A stretch of DNA of 64,000 nucleotides from Longimicrobiales bacterium (GTDB lineage Bacteria > Gemmatimonadota > Gemmatimonadetes > Longimicrobiales > Gaopeijiaceae): positions 3,136,001-3,200,000 of the forward strand of contig OZ242008.1 of the NCBI GenBank assembly GCA_965204735.1. The letters run 5' to 3'. The translations under genes were made by a program, and so were the position numbers. The first letter of the stretch is position 1. Each line of letters opens with the position of its first letter. The notes under the pieces are model-generated. The model was not told the DNA's origin. It made no database searches and saw nothing but the letters and a program-made list of their open reading frames with translations. Positions 38,784 to 47,412 of this stretch are shown here, in pieces.

Positions 38784-38994
38784 CGAGCGCGTGAACCGTC
38801 CCAGCACGCTCCAGCCCCCGGCACCTCCGACTCGCCGGGCGGAGGCGGTACAGCCCCCGTCGCAGGTCCGCCTAGTTGACTCCCGACGCCGTCACGCGCA
38901 TCACGATCTCGCCGGAGCCCAGCACGGGGTCGGGCCTGGAGGCGACCCGCAGAACTTCCGGCCCTCCGAAGTCGGAGATGACGACAGCGCGCAT
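38784..38994 (-). pseudogene. Quinone oxidoreductase relic (5' part)
   Basis: MRAVVISDFGGPEVLRVASRPDPV..SGVN then stop; matches about 29310..29526. Confidence 0.85.
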
Positions 38995-39107
38995 GGTGCG
39001 AACGATGGGGCGAAGGGAAGGGTCCGCCACCGGAGCGCCACGTGCGCCGGCGCATCCCGGCGACGGTGCAAGGCCTTGGCACCTGGTCGGCGTCATGCCG
39101 CCCAGAA

Positions 39108-39151
39108 AGAACTTCGCCCCCGCCCGGAGAACCGGGCGGGGGCGAAGTTCT
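39108..39151 (-). terminator. Intrinsic terminator of the lipoprotein gene
   Basis: Perfect 20-bp arms AGAACTTCGCCCCCGCCCGG / CCGGGCGGGGGCGAAGTTCT with a 4-nt loop, 47 bp past the stop, T-rich end on the minus strand. Confidence 0.8.
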
Positions 39152-39198
39152 ACTTTCACGACCCGGAAGACCGGGTCGCAAAAGCGGTCGTGCCTGTG

Positions 39199-42100
39199 CT
39201 AGTTGCGAGTGAGCACTATCGTCTCGAAAGAGTCGGCGTCGCCCCTGCCTTTCACCAACCGGATGCCGTTGATCCGATTGATATCCCCAGTAGTGGCGAG
39301 TCCTACAGTGTTTGTCCGATTAATCGCTACCCCAGCCAGATCGACAAACACTTGGTACCAACCCTCCTCGAGTCCTTCGAAGCGGTACTCGCCGGCGGCG
39401 GTGGTTGTCGCGGTCTTCCGCTCAAAGGTGTTGTCGTAGCCGGAGTCGCAGGTGTCGATGGGGAAGGTAGCGTTGGCCTGCGCAAGAGAAACCAAGCCAC
39501 ACTTTTGCAGGAACACCCTTTGGTTAGCGACGTTCGAGTGAGTGTTGTCTTGGAGACTGTCGCGCTCTGTGATCTTGCCCGTGAGGACACCGTCCGTGAA
39601 CACCACAACGAAATCCGCATCCGTCTGTGGAAGGCCCACGTCTCCGGTGGGGTTGCTGCCATATCTCCAGTGAGGCAGCGAGCCAGCACTACCGTCACCA
39701 CTCGTTATCAACCTTCCGGTCGGAAGCGCTGTCGTTCTCAAGGCCGGAGTGCGGTGAACGGGTCTGGTGTTCTTTGCGACCAACTTGTAGCTGGTCGTAC
39801 TAGTTCCCTCAACGGCGTAGTGGCCTTCTGGAAGGCCCGTGAAGGAGAACCTGCCCGTAGCATCTGACTTGGCAGTCGCCACCCTCGTCCCCACGGTGTC
39901 TGTGGCACTCTTCAGCCTCAGAAGCGTCAACGTGGCGCCCTGAACAGTCTCGCGGGGATGAACCGTACCATCGCCCCCATTCCCAGAGACCACCGAATCG
40001 GCGTTCTGGTCGTTAGCCACTGTCCCTGATATCATCGCCTTCTGATAGGTGACCGTAGCATCTACCGAGTCGACGCTACCAGCTGCCACGTCAGTATGCA
40101 GGACCGTCACCGTGTCGGAAACTCCCCTTGAGAACCGACCGTTCCATGCGGAGTTCGACTTGATGGTGACTTCGTACGTGCCACCCTCAAGGCCCGTGAA
40201 CACGTATGCACCAGTCGTGCAGCTGTCGTCGAGCCGCTCGTTGCCGTCTACGTCGCCACAAGCCGCGCGATTGTTGACCTTCGCGTCCTTGCTCTTCCCG
40301 TCGCCAAAAGTAAGCATAGGCCTGAGAGTGAGCACAACGGAATCGCGACCAAAATTCGTCAAGGGGCCGCCGAGGTCACCGTAATTCGCAGTCGAAACTG
40401 TACCCCTCACCTGTCCGTTGGTGTATCCGTAAGCAAAGGTCGAGCAGGCGTCACGGCTGGCGCTGCCGGCCAGGGGACAGATCGACACGGATGGACCCGT
40501 CCCACCAGCAGTACCAAAAGCACCGCTCGAGTGAGCGCCCCGGCTTGCTTGTTCCCTGGTAGTCCCCAGGAAGGTGTCTACCTCGTTGGCCCCGTATATC
40601 TTCTTGTTCGAGTCCGACGTAGTCACCTTCACGAGTAAGTCTAGAGCCGTCGGCAAGTTGGTGAAGATCACTAGGCCAGCGTCGGTAGTGCCGTCAGCCT
40701 TCGGGCTCGCGGCACCCGTCCTGGTCGCGATCCCCGGATAATTCCAGTTCTGCGGAGTACCGTGCCTGTCCCTAGTCTGCAACTGGAGCGTGATGTCTCC
40801 CACCACGTTCGCATGCGGCCGCACGTCGCCATCAACGATGTTCCGGTCGTAGCCCACCACTTGAGTACGCTCGTGGTGAACGCCGAGGATCAGCGTCTGG
40901 GTCGTCCACTTGACCCGCATCACGCCGAGATCCGCGGTGTCGCTCGGCAACGTTACGCCGTCGTACTCGTAGACCAAGAACGGTATATCCGTCGTGGACG
41001 TCGCCCCACCCACCTTCTTCGTGCTTTCCATCGAAGCGATGGCGGAGGGCTCCGGGGTTCCCATGAACCTCTCTCCCATCGCCCTCGCCTGGGTGCCGGA
41101 CAAGCGGATGTAGTACGTCACCGGCAGACCACCGGCGGGGATGTCCGAGAACGTGGACTTGCCCGCCTTGTTGGAAACCTTCGCGCTCTGGAAGCCGTCG
41201 TTCGCCAAGCTCGTTCGAACCTCGGACGCCCAGCCTTCCAGGAAGTCGTCTCCGCCGATGTCGGTTTCGACGTTCTTGACCCAGAACTGGAAGGTAGCCC
41301 GTTGGTTGATGACCTGGACGGCTTCGGCGGCCGCGGTCTCCAACCTTCTGGGCGAGTAGGAGACCTCCAAGATCTCGTTGGCAGACACTGACAAGTCGTC
41401 GTGCGGGAGCTGGGCCACCTTGGCGAACACAACGTGGTCTATTCTGCCGCCTGGTCCGGTGTCGGACGCACGCGGGAACATGACCTTCGCCATCCCAGTC
41501 GAGTCGGTCACGGCCATCTTGCCGAGCTGTTGCCTTTCGGCCTCCGCCGCCTGGTATGTGGGGTAGAAGTCGATCCCGACGCCCGGGAGCATCGCGCCAG
41601 TCTTGGCATCCTTGCCGTCTTCGCCATTGCCCATCATAGCCTGCATCGTGATGGTCTGCGTGACGATCCTGAAGGGCAGGTTCTGGACTACGGTCGCACC
41701 AGGCTCGAGAGCTACGAGAGAGGTTGTGCCGGTGTACATGACGCGCGAGTCCACATCGGCGGAATCCAAATGCTCACCAGCTACGAGAACCTGATAGCTA
41801 CCGGCCTTCAGGTTTTCGAATGTGTACATACCATCGGCGTTGGTCAGCGCGGTTTTCACTTCGTTCACGCCCGGTCCAGAAAGCGTGACCTGCAAGCCAC
41901 GGAGCGCGTAGGTGTCCTCGTCGCCCGCGTCCAGCTGGCCGTTTTGGGGGTTCGCGTCAAAGAATGCGTGTCCCGTAACGGTGGCGGTCGCCACGTGCGC
42001 GCCCGCGAAGTTCGAGATCGCCGCTTGGTCGTCGGCCAGCACGACCGTCTTCGACGCCGTGTCGAAGATGTACGCGGCCGCATCCCACCCGGAGATCGTC

Positions 42101-43110
42101 ACGTTGTAGGTGCCGGCCGCCAAGCCCGAGAAGCCGTACTGTCCCTGGGCGTCCGTCGTGTCCGTCCCCTCCGCGGCGCCCGACAGGGCAACCACGACGC
42201 CGCCGATGCCGATGCCTTCCACGGCGACTTGGCCGCTGATCCCGGCAGTCCGGAGGCGGGTGCCGTCGAAGGGCACGTTGGCCGTCTGGCCCAGGGCCAC
42301 GGTCACCGACTGGGAGGTCGTTGCGAACTCGTAGTCGTCCGCGCTGAACCCCGAGATGCCGACCTGGTAGACGCCGGCGCGAAGCTCGGCGAATACGTAC
42401 TGGCCCGCGGCGTCGGTGGTGGCCGTCCGGGCCGGTCCAACGCCCGAAAGGTTGACCGTCACGCCTGCCAGCCCCACGCCCTCAATCGCCACGCGGCCCT
42501 GGATTCCGGCGGTCCGCACGTACGTGCCGTCGAAGCTGATCCCCTCGGTCTCGCCCACGTCCAACGTCACGGTGCGGGACGTGTTCGAGAAGCCCACGTC
42601 GGCGGCGAAGCCGGAGAGCTCGACCTCGTAGTTGCCGGCGCGCAACTGCGTAAAGGCGTACTGGCCGTTGGCGTCGGTCTGGGTCGAGGCGTCCGACATG
42701 CCGGAAAGGCGGACCGTGACGCCGCTGAGGCCGGCGCGCTCCACCGTCACCGAACCGATGATGCTCGCGGTCCGGATGTAGGTGCCGGTGAAGTTCAGCG
42801 TCGCCGTCTGCCCGGCGGACGTGATCGTCGCGGGCTGGGACGTCGACGTGAAGCTGGCGTCGGCCGGGAAGTTGCTGATCGTGACCGTGTACGTCCCACC
42901 GTCGACGTTGGCGAACGAGAACCGTCCGCCGCTCGCCGTGGTGGTCGACGGCCCGGTGCTCAGCGTGACCGTGACGCCGTCGATTCCCTGTCCTTCGATG
43001 GACACCTGCCCATCGATCGTGCCCGTGGGAACCGGTGGGGTCCCCTCGTCGCACGCAGCCAGGGGCACGAGCAGCATCGCAGCCAGCGCCAGAAGCTTGT
43101 GTCTGTTCAT
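39199..43110 (-). CDS. Large surface lipoprotein (about 1303 aa) with tandem carboxypeptidase-regulatory/CnaB/SdrD-B-like beta-sandwich domains
   Basis: Lipobox PLAA-C; four ~88-aa repeats (I.G.V.IEG.G..GVTV.LSG..TDA.GQY.F..L.AG.Y.V.ISG); SdrD-B-like GHAFFDAN..NGQLDAGDE. Confidence 0.85.
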   Translation of the reverse strand: MNRHKLLALAAMLLVPLAACDEGTPPVPTGTIDGQVSIEGQGIDGVTVTLSTGPSTTTASGGRFSFANVDGGTYTVTISNFPADASFTSTSQPATITSAGQTATLNFTGTYIRTASIIGSVTVERAGLSGVTVRLSGMSDASTQTDANGQYAFTQLRAGNYEVELSGFAADVGFSNTSRTVTLDVGETEGISFDGTYVRTAGIQGRVAIEGVGLAGVTVNLSGVGPARTATTDAAGQYVFAELRAGVYQVGISGFSADDYEFATTSQSVTVALGQTANVPFDGTRLRTAGISGQVAVEGIGIGGVVVALSGAAEGTDTTDAQGQYGFSGLAAGTYNVTISGWDAAAYIFDTASKTVVLADDQAAISNFAGAHVATATVTGHAFFDANPQNGQLDAGDEDTYALRGLQVTLSGPGVNEVKTALTNADGMYTFENLKAGSYQVLVAGEHLDSADVDSRVMYTGTTSLVALEPGATVVQNLPFRIVTQTITMQAMMGNGEDGKDAKTGAMLPGVGIDFYPTYQAAEAERQQLGKMAVTDSTGMAKVMFPRASDTGPGGRIDHVVFAKVAQLPHDDLSVSANEILEVSYSPRRLETAAAEAVQVINQRATFQFWVKNVETDIGGDDFLEGWASEVRTSLANDGFQSAKVSNKAGKSTFSDIPAGGLPVTYYIRLSGTQARAMGERFMGTPEPSAIASMESTKKVGGATSTTDIPFLVYEYDGVTLPSDTADLGVMRVKWTTQTLILGVHHERTQVVGYDRNIVDGDVRPHANVVGDITLQLQTRDRHGTPQNWNYPGIATRTGAASPKADGTTDAGLVIFTNLPTALDLLVKVTTSDSNKKIYGANEVDTFLGTTREQASRGAHSSGAFGTAGGTGPSVSICPLAGSASRDACSTFAYGYTNGQVRGTVSTANYGDLGGPLTNFGRDSVVLTLRPMLTFGDGKSKDAKVNNRAACGDVDGNERLDDSCTTGAYVFTGLEGGTYEVTIKSNSAWNGRFSRGVSDTVTVLHTDVAAGSVDSVDATVTYQKAMISGTVANDQNADSVVSGNGGDGTVHPRETVQGATLTLLRLKSATDTVGTRVATAKSDATGRFSFTGLPEGHYAVEGTSTTSYKLVAKNTRPVHRTPALRTTALPTGRLITSGDGSAGSLPHWRYGSNPTGDVGLPQTDADFVVVFTDGVLTGKITERDSLQDNTHSNVANQRVFLQKCGLVSLAQANATFPIDTCDSGYDNTFERKTATTTAAGEYRFEGLEEGWYQVFVDLAGVAINRTNTVGLATTGDINRINGIRLVKGRGDADSFETIVLTRN

Positions 43111-43297
43111 TTCCATTCCTGTGATGGATGGGTTCTGTTCTCGCCCGGAGCCCTTCCGGCCTCGCGCCGCGAAGGTCGGGCAAGCGGGTAATCTATGGTG
43201 ATCGCCTCCAGAGCGCCAGCCGGTGGGCCGGCGCTTCCGTGGGAGACGGTTGTCGGGGGTTTTCAAGGACCCGGCTCGCCGGGAGCCTGGAAGATGA

Positions 43298-43313
43298 AGC
43301 AAGAGTGGTGCCA
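43298..43313 (-). promoter_or_regulatory. Sigma54 (-24/-12) promoter
   Basis: TGGCAC-CACTC-TTGCT on the minus strand, exact consensus spacing, about 190 bp upstream of the lipoprotein ATG. Confidence 0.75.
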
Positions 43314-43413
43314 TTCTTCTGGATTCTGCGTATTCCTTTGTTCTTCAAGGGTTTTGCGGATGCGGGCGAGCACGGTTCGACCAGCCTTCGGGGACGGAAA
43401 ACCGACTCGAGGG

Positions 43414-44427
43414 TCAGCTTTCGGCCCCCACGAGGGACTCGGCCAGATCCACCAGCTCCCTGGAGCCCAGGAAGAGGGGCGTCCGGTCGTGGAGGCCATG
43501 GGGGACGATCTCCAGGACGTCCTGCTCGCCGTCCGACGCTCGGCCGCCGGCGGCCTCGCAGACCAGGGCCAGGGGAGCGGCTTCGTAGAGGATGCGGAGC
43601 TTGCCCCTTGGAGAGCGGGCGTCCGGCGGGTACATGAAGAGTCCCCCTTGGAGCAGCGTCCGGTGGAAGTCGGACACCAGCGAGCCGATGTAGCGGGAGC
43701 GGTACCCTCGCCCTCCGCCTCCTTCCATGTCCCGGAAGTGGTCCACCAGCCGCTGCTGGGGGCGGGACCAGCGAGCGTAGTACGCCTCGTTGACCGAGTA
43801 GATGCGGGCCGGCGGGTCCGGGATGCGGACGTTGGGGTGGCTCAGCAGGAACTCGCCGATCGACGGGTCCAGCGTGAAGCCGTGCACGCCGCTGTCCAGG
43901 CCCGTGGTGTAGACCAGCATCGTGGACGAGCCGTAGATCACGTAGCCCGCGGCCAGTTGGCGGCGACCGGGCTGGAGGCAGTCCGCCAGCGCGCCGCCTT
44001 CGCCTGCCGTGACCTTCTGATGCACCGAGAAGATCGTCCCTATGGAGACGTTCACGTCGATGTTGGAGGAGCCGTCCAGCGGGTCGAAGAGGAGGACGTA
44101 GTGGCCCTTGTCGAACTTGTCGGGGATGGGGATGATCTCGTCGCACTCCTCCGAGACCATGCAGCACAGGTGGCCGGCGTGGTCCATCGCCTTGACGATC
44201 ACCTCTTGGGCGAAGTCGTCGAGGCGGCGGACCTCTTCGCCCTGGACGTTGGTGGCCCCGGTCTTGCCCAGGATGTCCACCAAGCCGGCCTGGTTGACTT
44301 CCCGGGAGATGATCTTGGCCGCCAGGGCGATGTCGTACAGCAGGGCCGAGAAGCGCCCGGACGCGCCCGGGTGCTCCCGCTCCTGGTCGATGATGTGGCG
44401 GTCGATCGTGACGACCTTGCTTCGCAT
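43414..44427 (-). CDS. fbp: Fructose-1,6-bisphosphatase class 1
   Basis: NVQGE, VSEE, FDPLDGSSNIDVN.SIGTIF, RYIGSLVSDFHR, KLRILYE. Confidence 0.95.
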   Translation of the reverse strand: MRSKVVTIDRHIIDQEREHPGASGRFSALLYDIALAAKIISREVNQAGLVDILGKTGATNVQGEEVRRLDDFAQEVIVKAMDHAGHLCCMVSEECDEIIPIPDKFDKGHYVLLFDPLDGSSNIDVNVSIGTIFSVHQKVTAGEGGALADCLQPGRRQLAAGYVIYGSSTMLVYTTGLDSGVHGFTLDPSIGEFLLSHPNVRIPDPPARIYSVNEAYYARWSRPQQRLVDHFRDMEGGGGRGYRSRYIGSLVSDFHRTLLQGGLFMYPPDARSPRGKLRILYEAAPLALVCEAAGGRASDGEQDVLEIVPHGLHDRTPLFLGSRELVDLAESLVGAES

Positions 44428-44576
44428 CGGCGGCCCTGGCCGGGCGTCCGGCAGCCCTTTGGAGGCGGCCTGCCTCGCTGTCCGTGGGGAGGCGGGTCCG
44501 AGCCAGCCGTTCTTGTTCGCCCGCCGAGGTTCGTCCAATGTTCGAGTATCGCCCTACTCCCAGCCCGAGGCAACTC

Positions 44577-45902
44577 ATGAGGACGAAGACGGGACCGGCT
44601 CGTGGTCGGACGCGCGGGCTCGGCGACGGGACGCCTCCGGCTTCGGCGGGACGCCGGCGTGGCTGGGCGCTGGCCTTCTTCTCCGTGCCGGCGGCGCTGC
44701 TGGCCCTGGAAGTCGCCTTGATTCCCTTCCCGGTCGTCGACGCCTTCTACTCGGCGCCCGCCACCAGCGACCATCCGATCTTCCGGCTCCAGCCGGGTCT
44801 TTTCCTCTGGTCGCGGGGGTGGAACTTCGAGGTGGTGACCCGAGTTCGCGTCAACAACTACGGGTTCGTCAGCGATCAAGACTACCACGCGGAGGCGGCG
44901 ACCCCCTTGGCGGCGGTGATCGGAGACAGCTTCGTCGAGGCCCTGATGGTGCCCTGGAGAGAAACGTGCGCGGGTCGGCTGGCCGACCACGCTTCTCCGC
45001 GCCTTCGGGTCTACTCCTTCGGCGCTTCGGGCGCTCCGTTGAGCCAGTACTTGGCGTACGCGCAGTACGTCCGGGACGAGTTTCGTCCGCGCGGAATGGT
45101 GTTCGTGGTCGTCGGGAACGACTTCCACGAGAGCATGCTCAAGCACTCGTGGGGGTATCCGTTCGCCTACTTCGACGACGGCGGCGCGGGCCCGGGAAGT
45201 GGGGCGGACGCGTCGGCGGGTCGCCCCGCCGGCCTTGTGGAGAACGCAGGCGCGTCCGACCTGGTGGCAGGCGCGCCCGACCTAGTGACGGTGCCGCACC
45301 CCGAGCCGATCTGGTGGCGGAGCGTCGGGAAGAGGTCGAACCTGCTTCGATACCTGACCCATAACGTCGGCTTGGAGGTCGCTTGGCGGGTGCGGACGCG
45401 GGAAGGGCCGCAGGGCTTGCCGCCCGTCACGATGCTGGAGTTGGCCCGACCGGTCCGGGAGCGCCCCGACGTGCTGGCGGACTCCAGGCGCGCGACCGAC
45501 CGCTTCTTCGATCTGTTGCCGGAGATGTCGGGCTTGGCGCCGTCGCAGATCGCCTTCGTCGTGGACGGTCCTCGGTTCGCCCTCTACGACGAAGGAGGGC
45601 TCGAGCGCGTCCGAGACAGCCACAGGGTGGTCAACCGGCAGTACTTCATGGCGGCCGCGGAGGCAGGCGGGTACGAAGTCCTGGACATGCTCCCCGTGTT
45701 CGCGGATCACTGGAGGGCGAACGGAGCCCGCTTCGACTGGCCGGGCGACGGCCACTGGAACGCCCTCGGCCATCGCCTGTGCTTCGAGTCCGTCGCCAAG
45801 TCGGCCCTGATCGGTGCGCTGGTGGACGAGGCCGGCGGCCGGCGGCCAGCTCGGCCGGCGGCCAGCTCGCGGTTCGGATATGCGCCACGGCCTCCCGGCT
45901 GA
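44577..45902 (+). CDS. SGNH/GDSL-like membrane-anchored protein
   Basis: N-terminal hydrophobic helix; VIGDSFVE, GND, DGHWN. Confidence 0.65.
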   Translation: MRTKTGPARGRTRGLGDGTPPASAGRRRGWALAFFSVPAALLALEVALIPFPVVDAFYSAPATSDHPIFRLQPGLFLWSRGWNFEVVTRVRVNNYGFVSDQDYHAEAATPLAAVIGDSFVEALMVPWRETCAGRLADHASPRLRVYSFGASGAPLSQYLAYAQYVRDEFRPRGMVFVVVGNDFHESMLKHSWGYPFAYFDDGGAGPGSGADASAGRPAGLVENAGASDLVAGAPDLVTVPHPEPIWWRSVGKRSNLLRYLTHNVGLEVAWRVRTREGPQGLPPVTMLELARPVRERPDVLADSRRATDRFFDLLPEMSGLAPSQIAFVVDGPRFALYDEGGLERVRDSHRVVNRQYFMAAAEAGGYEVLDMLPVFADHWRANGARFDWPGDGHWNALGHRLCFESVAKSALIGALVDEAGGRRPARPAASSRFGYAPRPPG

Positions 45903-46261
45903 CGTGCTGCACTCCGACCGCGACGCCCTGGCTGACCGGAGGCTCTACGACGTAGCGGCCGTAGTACTCGAACCGAAAGCGTTCGCTGGAATCGTCGGGC
46001 AGGTCAATTCCACGTCGCCACGTTCCGGGTTCTGGAGGACGCTTCTCCTCCTCTGGCGCGAGATACGGTTTGATGCGCTTCAGGATGCGGTCGCAACGCT
46101 CCTGCGCCCCTGAAATCCGATCCGTTTCCGGTGCGTCACTCATGCTCGACATCCTGCTGCTTGGGCAAGGGCATAAAGAATGCTCCTTCTTCGGTTTCAA
46201 TGGCCTTGGCTGCTTGGTGGGAAACAAACTCGCTGGAACGAAGATACAGCTCATAGATCGT

Positions 46262-46345
46262 GGCCCGCACGCCCCTGTTCGAGCCCCCGTTCGAGCCCCC
46301 GCTCGAGTCCCTGCTGGAGAGCCGTGACCCAGCTCAGCAGAGGAA
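46262..46345 (-). pseudogene. Small Rpn relic (GLERG repeats)
   Basis: LLSWVTALQQGLERGLERGLEQGRA, similar to 46760..46805. Confidence 0.6.
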
Positions 46346-46565
46346 GACCGCTGCGGGCGGGTGGCGGTCTTCGAGGAGCCGCACCGACTGCATTCCGAAC
46401 TGCCGGCAAGCACGCGGCGGACGGCCCGCCGGGTCAGCGGTTCGCTGCTTGGCCGCCACTAGCCCACCACCGGGTTGGGCGAGCGTTGGGGTCAGCCCAG
46501 CGGTGCGGCCCCGGTCGCCCTTGGCCAGTGCTTGGGAAGCGACGGCTTGGCGTCGACTCCGTCCG

Positions 46566-47290
46566 CTACGACCGCTCCGCTTCGCTGTTGCCGGCCACGG
46601 CCAGGAACTCGTCGGCGGTGTCGCACTCCACGACCGCGTCCCCGACCCGCGCCAGCTGCTCGGCGCTCATGGAGCGCACCCGCGCCTCCAGCCGGCGCGC
46701 CGTCTGGGCCCCGAACCGCCGCGAAGCCAGACGCAGCAGCAAGACCGCTCGGCCCTCCGCACGCCCCTGCTCGAGCCCCCGTTCGAGTCCCTGCTCGAGC
46801 CCCCGCTGCCGGTGGCCCTCCGCCCACTCCGCATAGGTCTGGCCCATCTCTTTCTCCTCCTTCGGTTGGATGATCTGCTCCACGATGTCCTCACGTGCCT
46901 CTTCCGGCACCCCCACCACACGCAGCCGCTCGTCCGTCCAGTCCAGCGCCGCGACCCAGCCCAGCACGCTCTCCCTGGGAAGCAACCCTTGCGCCAGCGC
47001 CGACCGCAAGTCAAGCAGCCCGTAGCCGTGAGTGGTCGCCAAGCCGGCGACCGCCTGCGCCACGACCGGCGACGGCTCCTCCCTGCCGGCCAGCCCGGCC
47101 AGCGACGTCTCGGCCGTCCATGGCCTCGTGCCGGTGTAGACGACGAACGAGAGCACGAGGGGCATGGCGCCGTCGGGGTCGCGCTGGCGCTCGAGCGTGT
47201 GCAGCACCGTGTAGGCGGCCTCGGTGTAGCGCAGCGTCCTGAGGACCATGCCCGGATCGACGGAGGACTGGAACTCGAAGAGGAAGACGG
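46566..47290 (-). pseudogene. Rpn/YhgA-like nuclease lineage C, N-terminus missing, C-terminal ORF intact
   Basis: FLFEFQS, VVYTGTRPW, GLEQG repeats, RRFG..VGDAVVECDTADEFL; no upstream HD/AD block. Confidence 0.8.
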
Positions 47291-47412
47291 CGGATCGACC
47301 GTTCCCCCGAAGCTGGCCGGGACGGTCTCCGGCCCTGGTCCTCAGTGTCTCACCGAGGATGCGCCATTTCCATGGCTGGATGGGACAGATTTTTTTTTCG
47401 TCTCTCGCGGGC

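Noticed and set aside
45646..46152. Possible small minus-strand gene (MSDAPETDRISGAQERC..)
   Set aside because: No recognisable motif, and its 3' part overlaps the SGNH gene by about 250 bp; cannot be supported.
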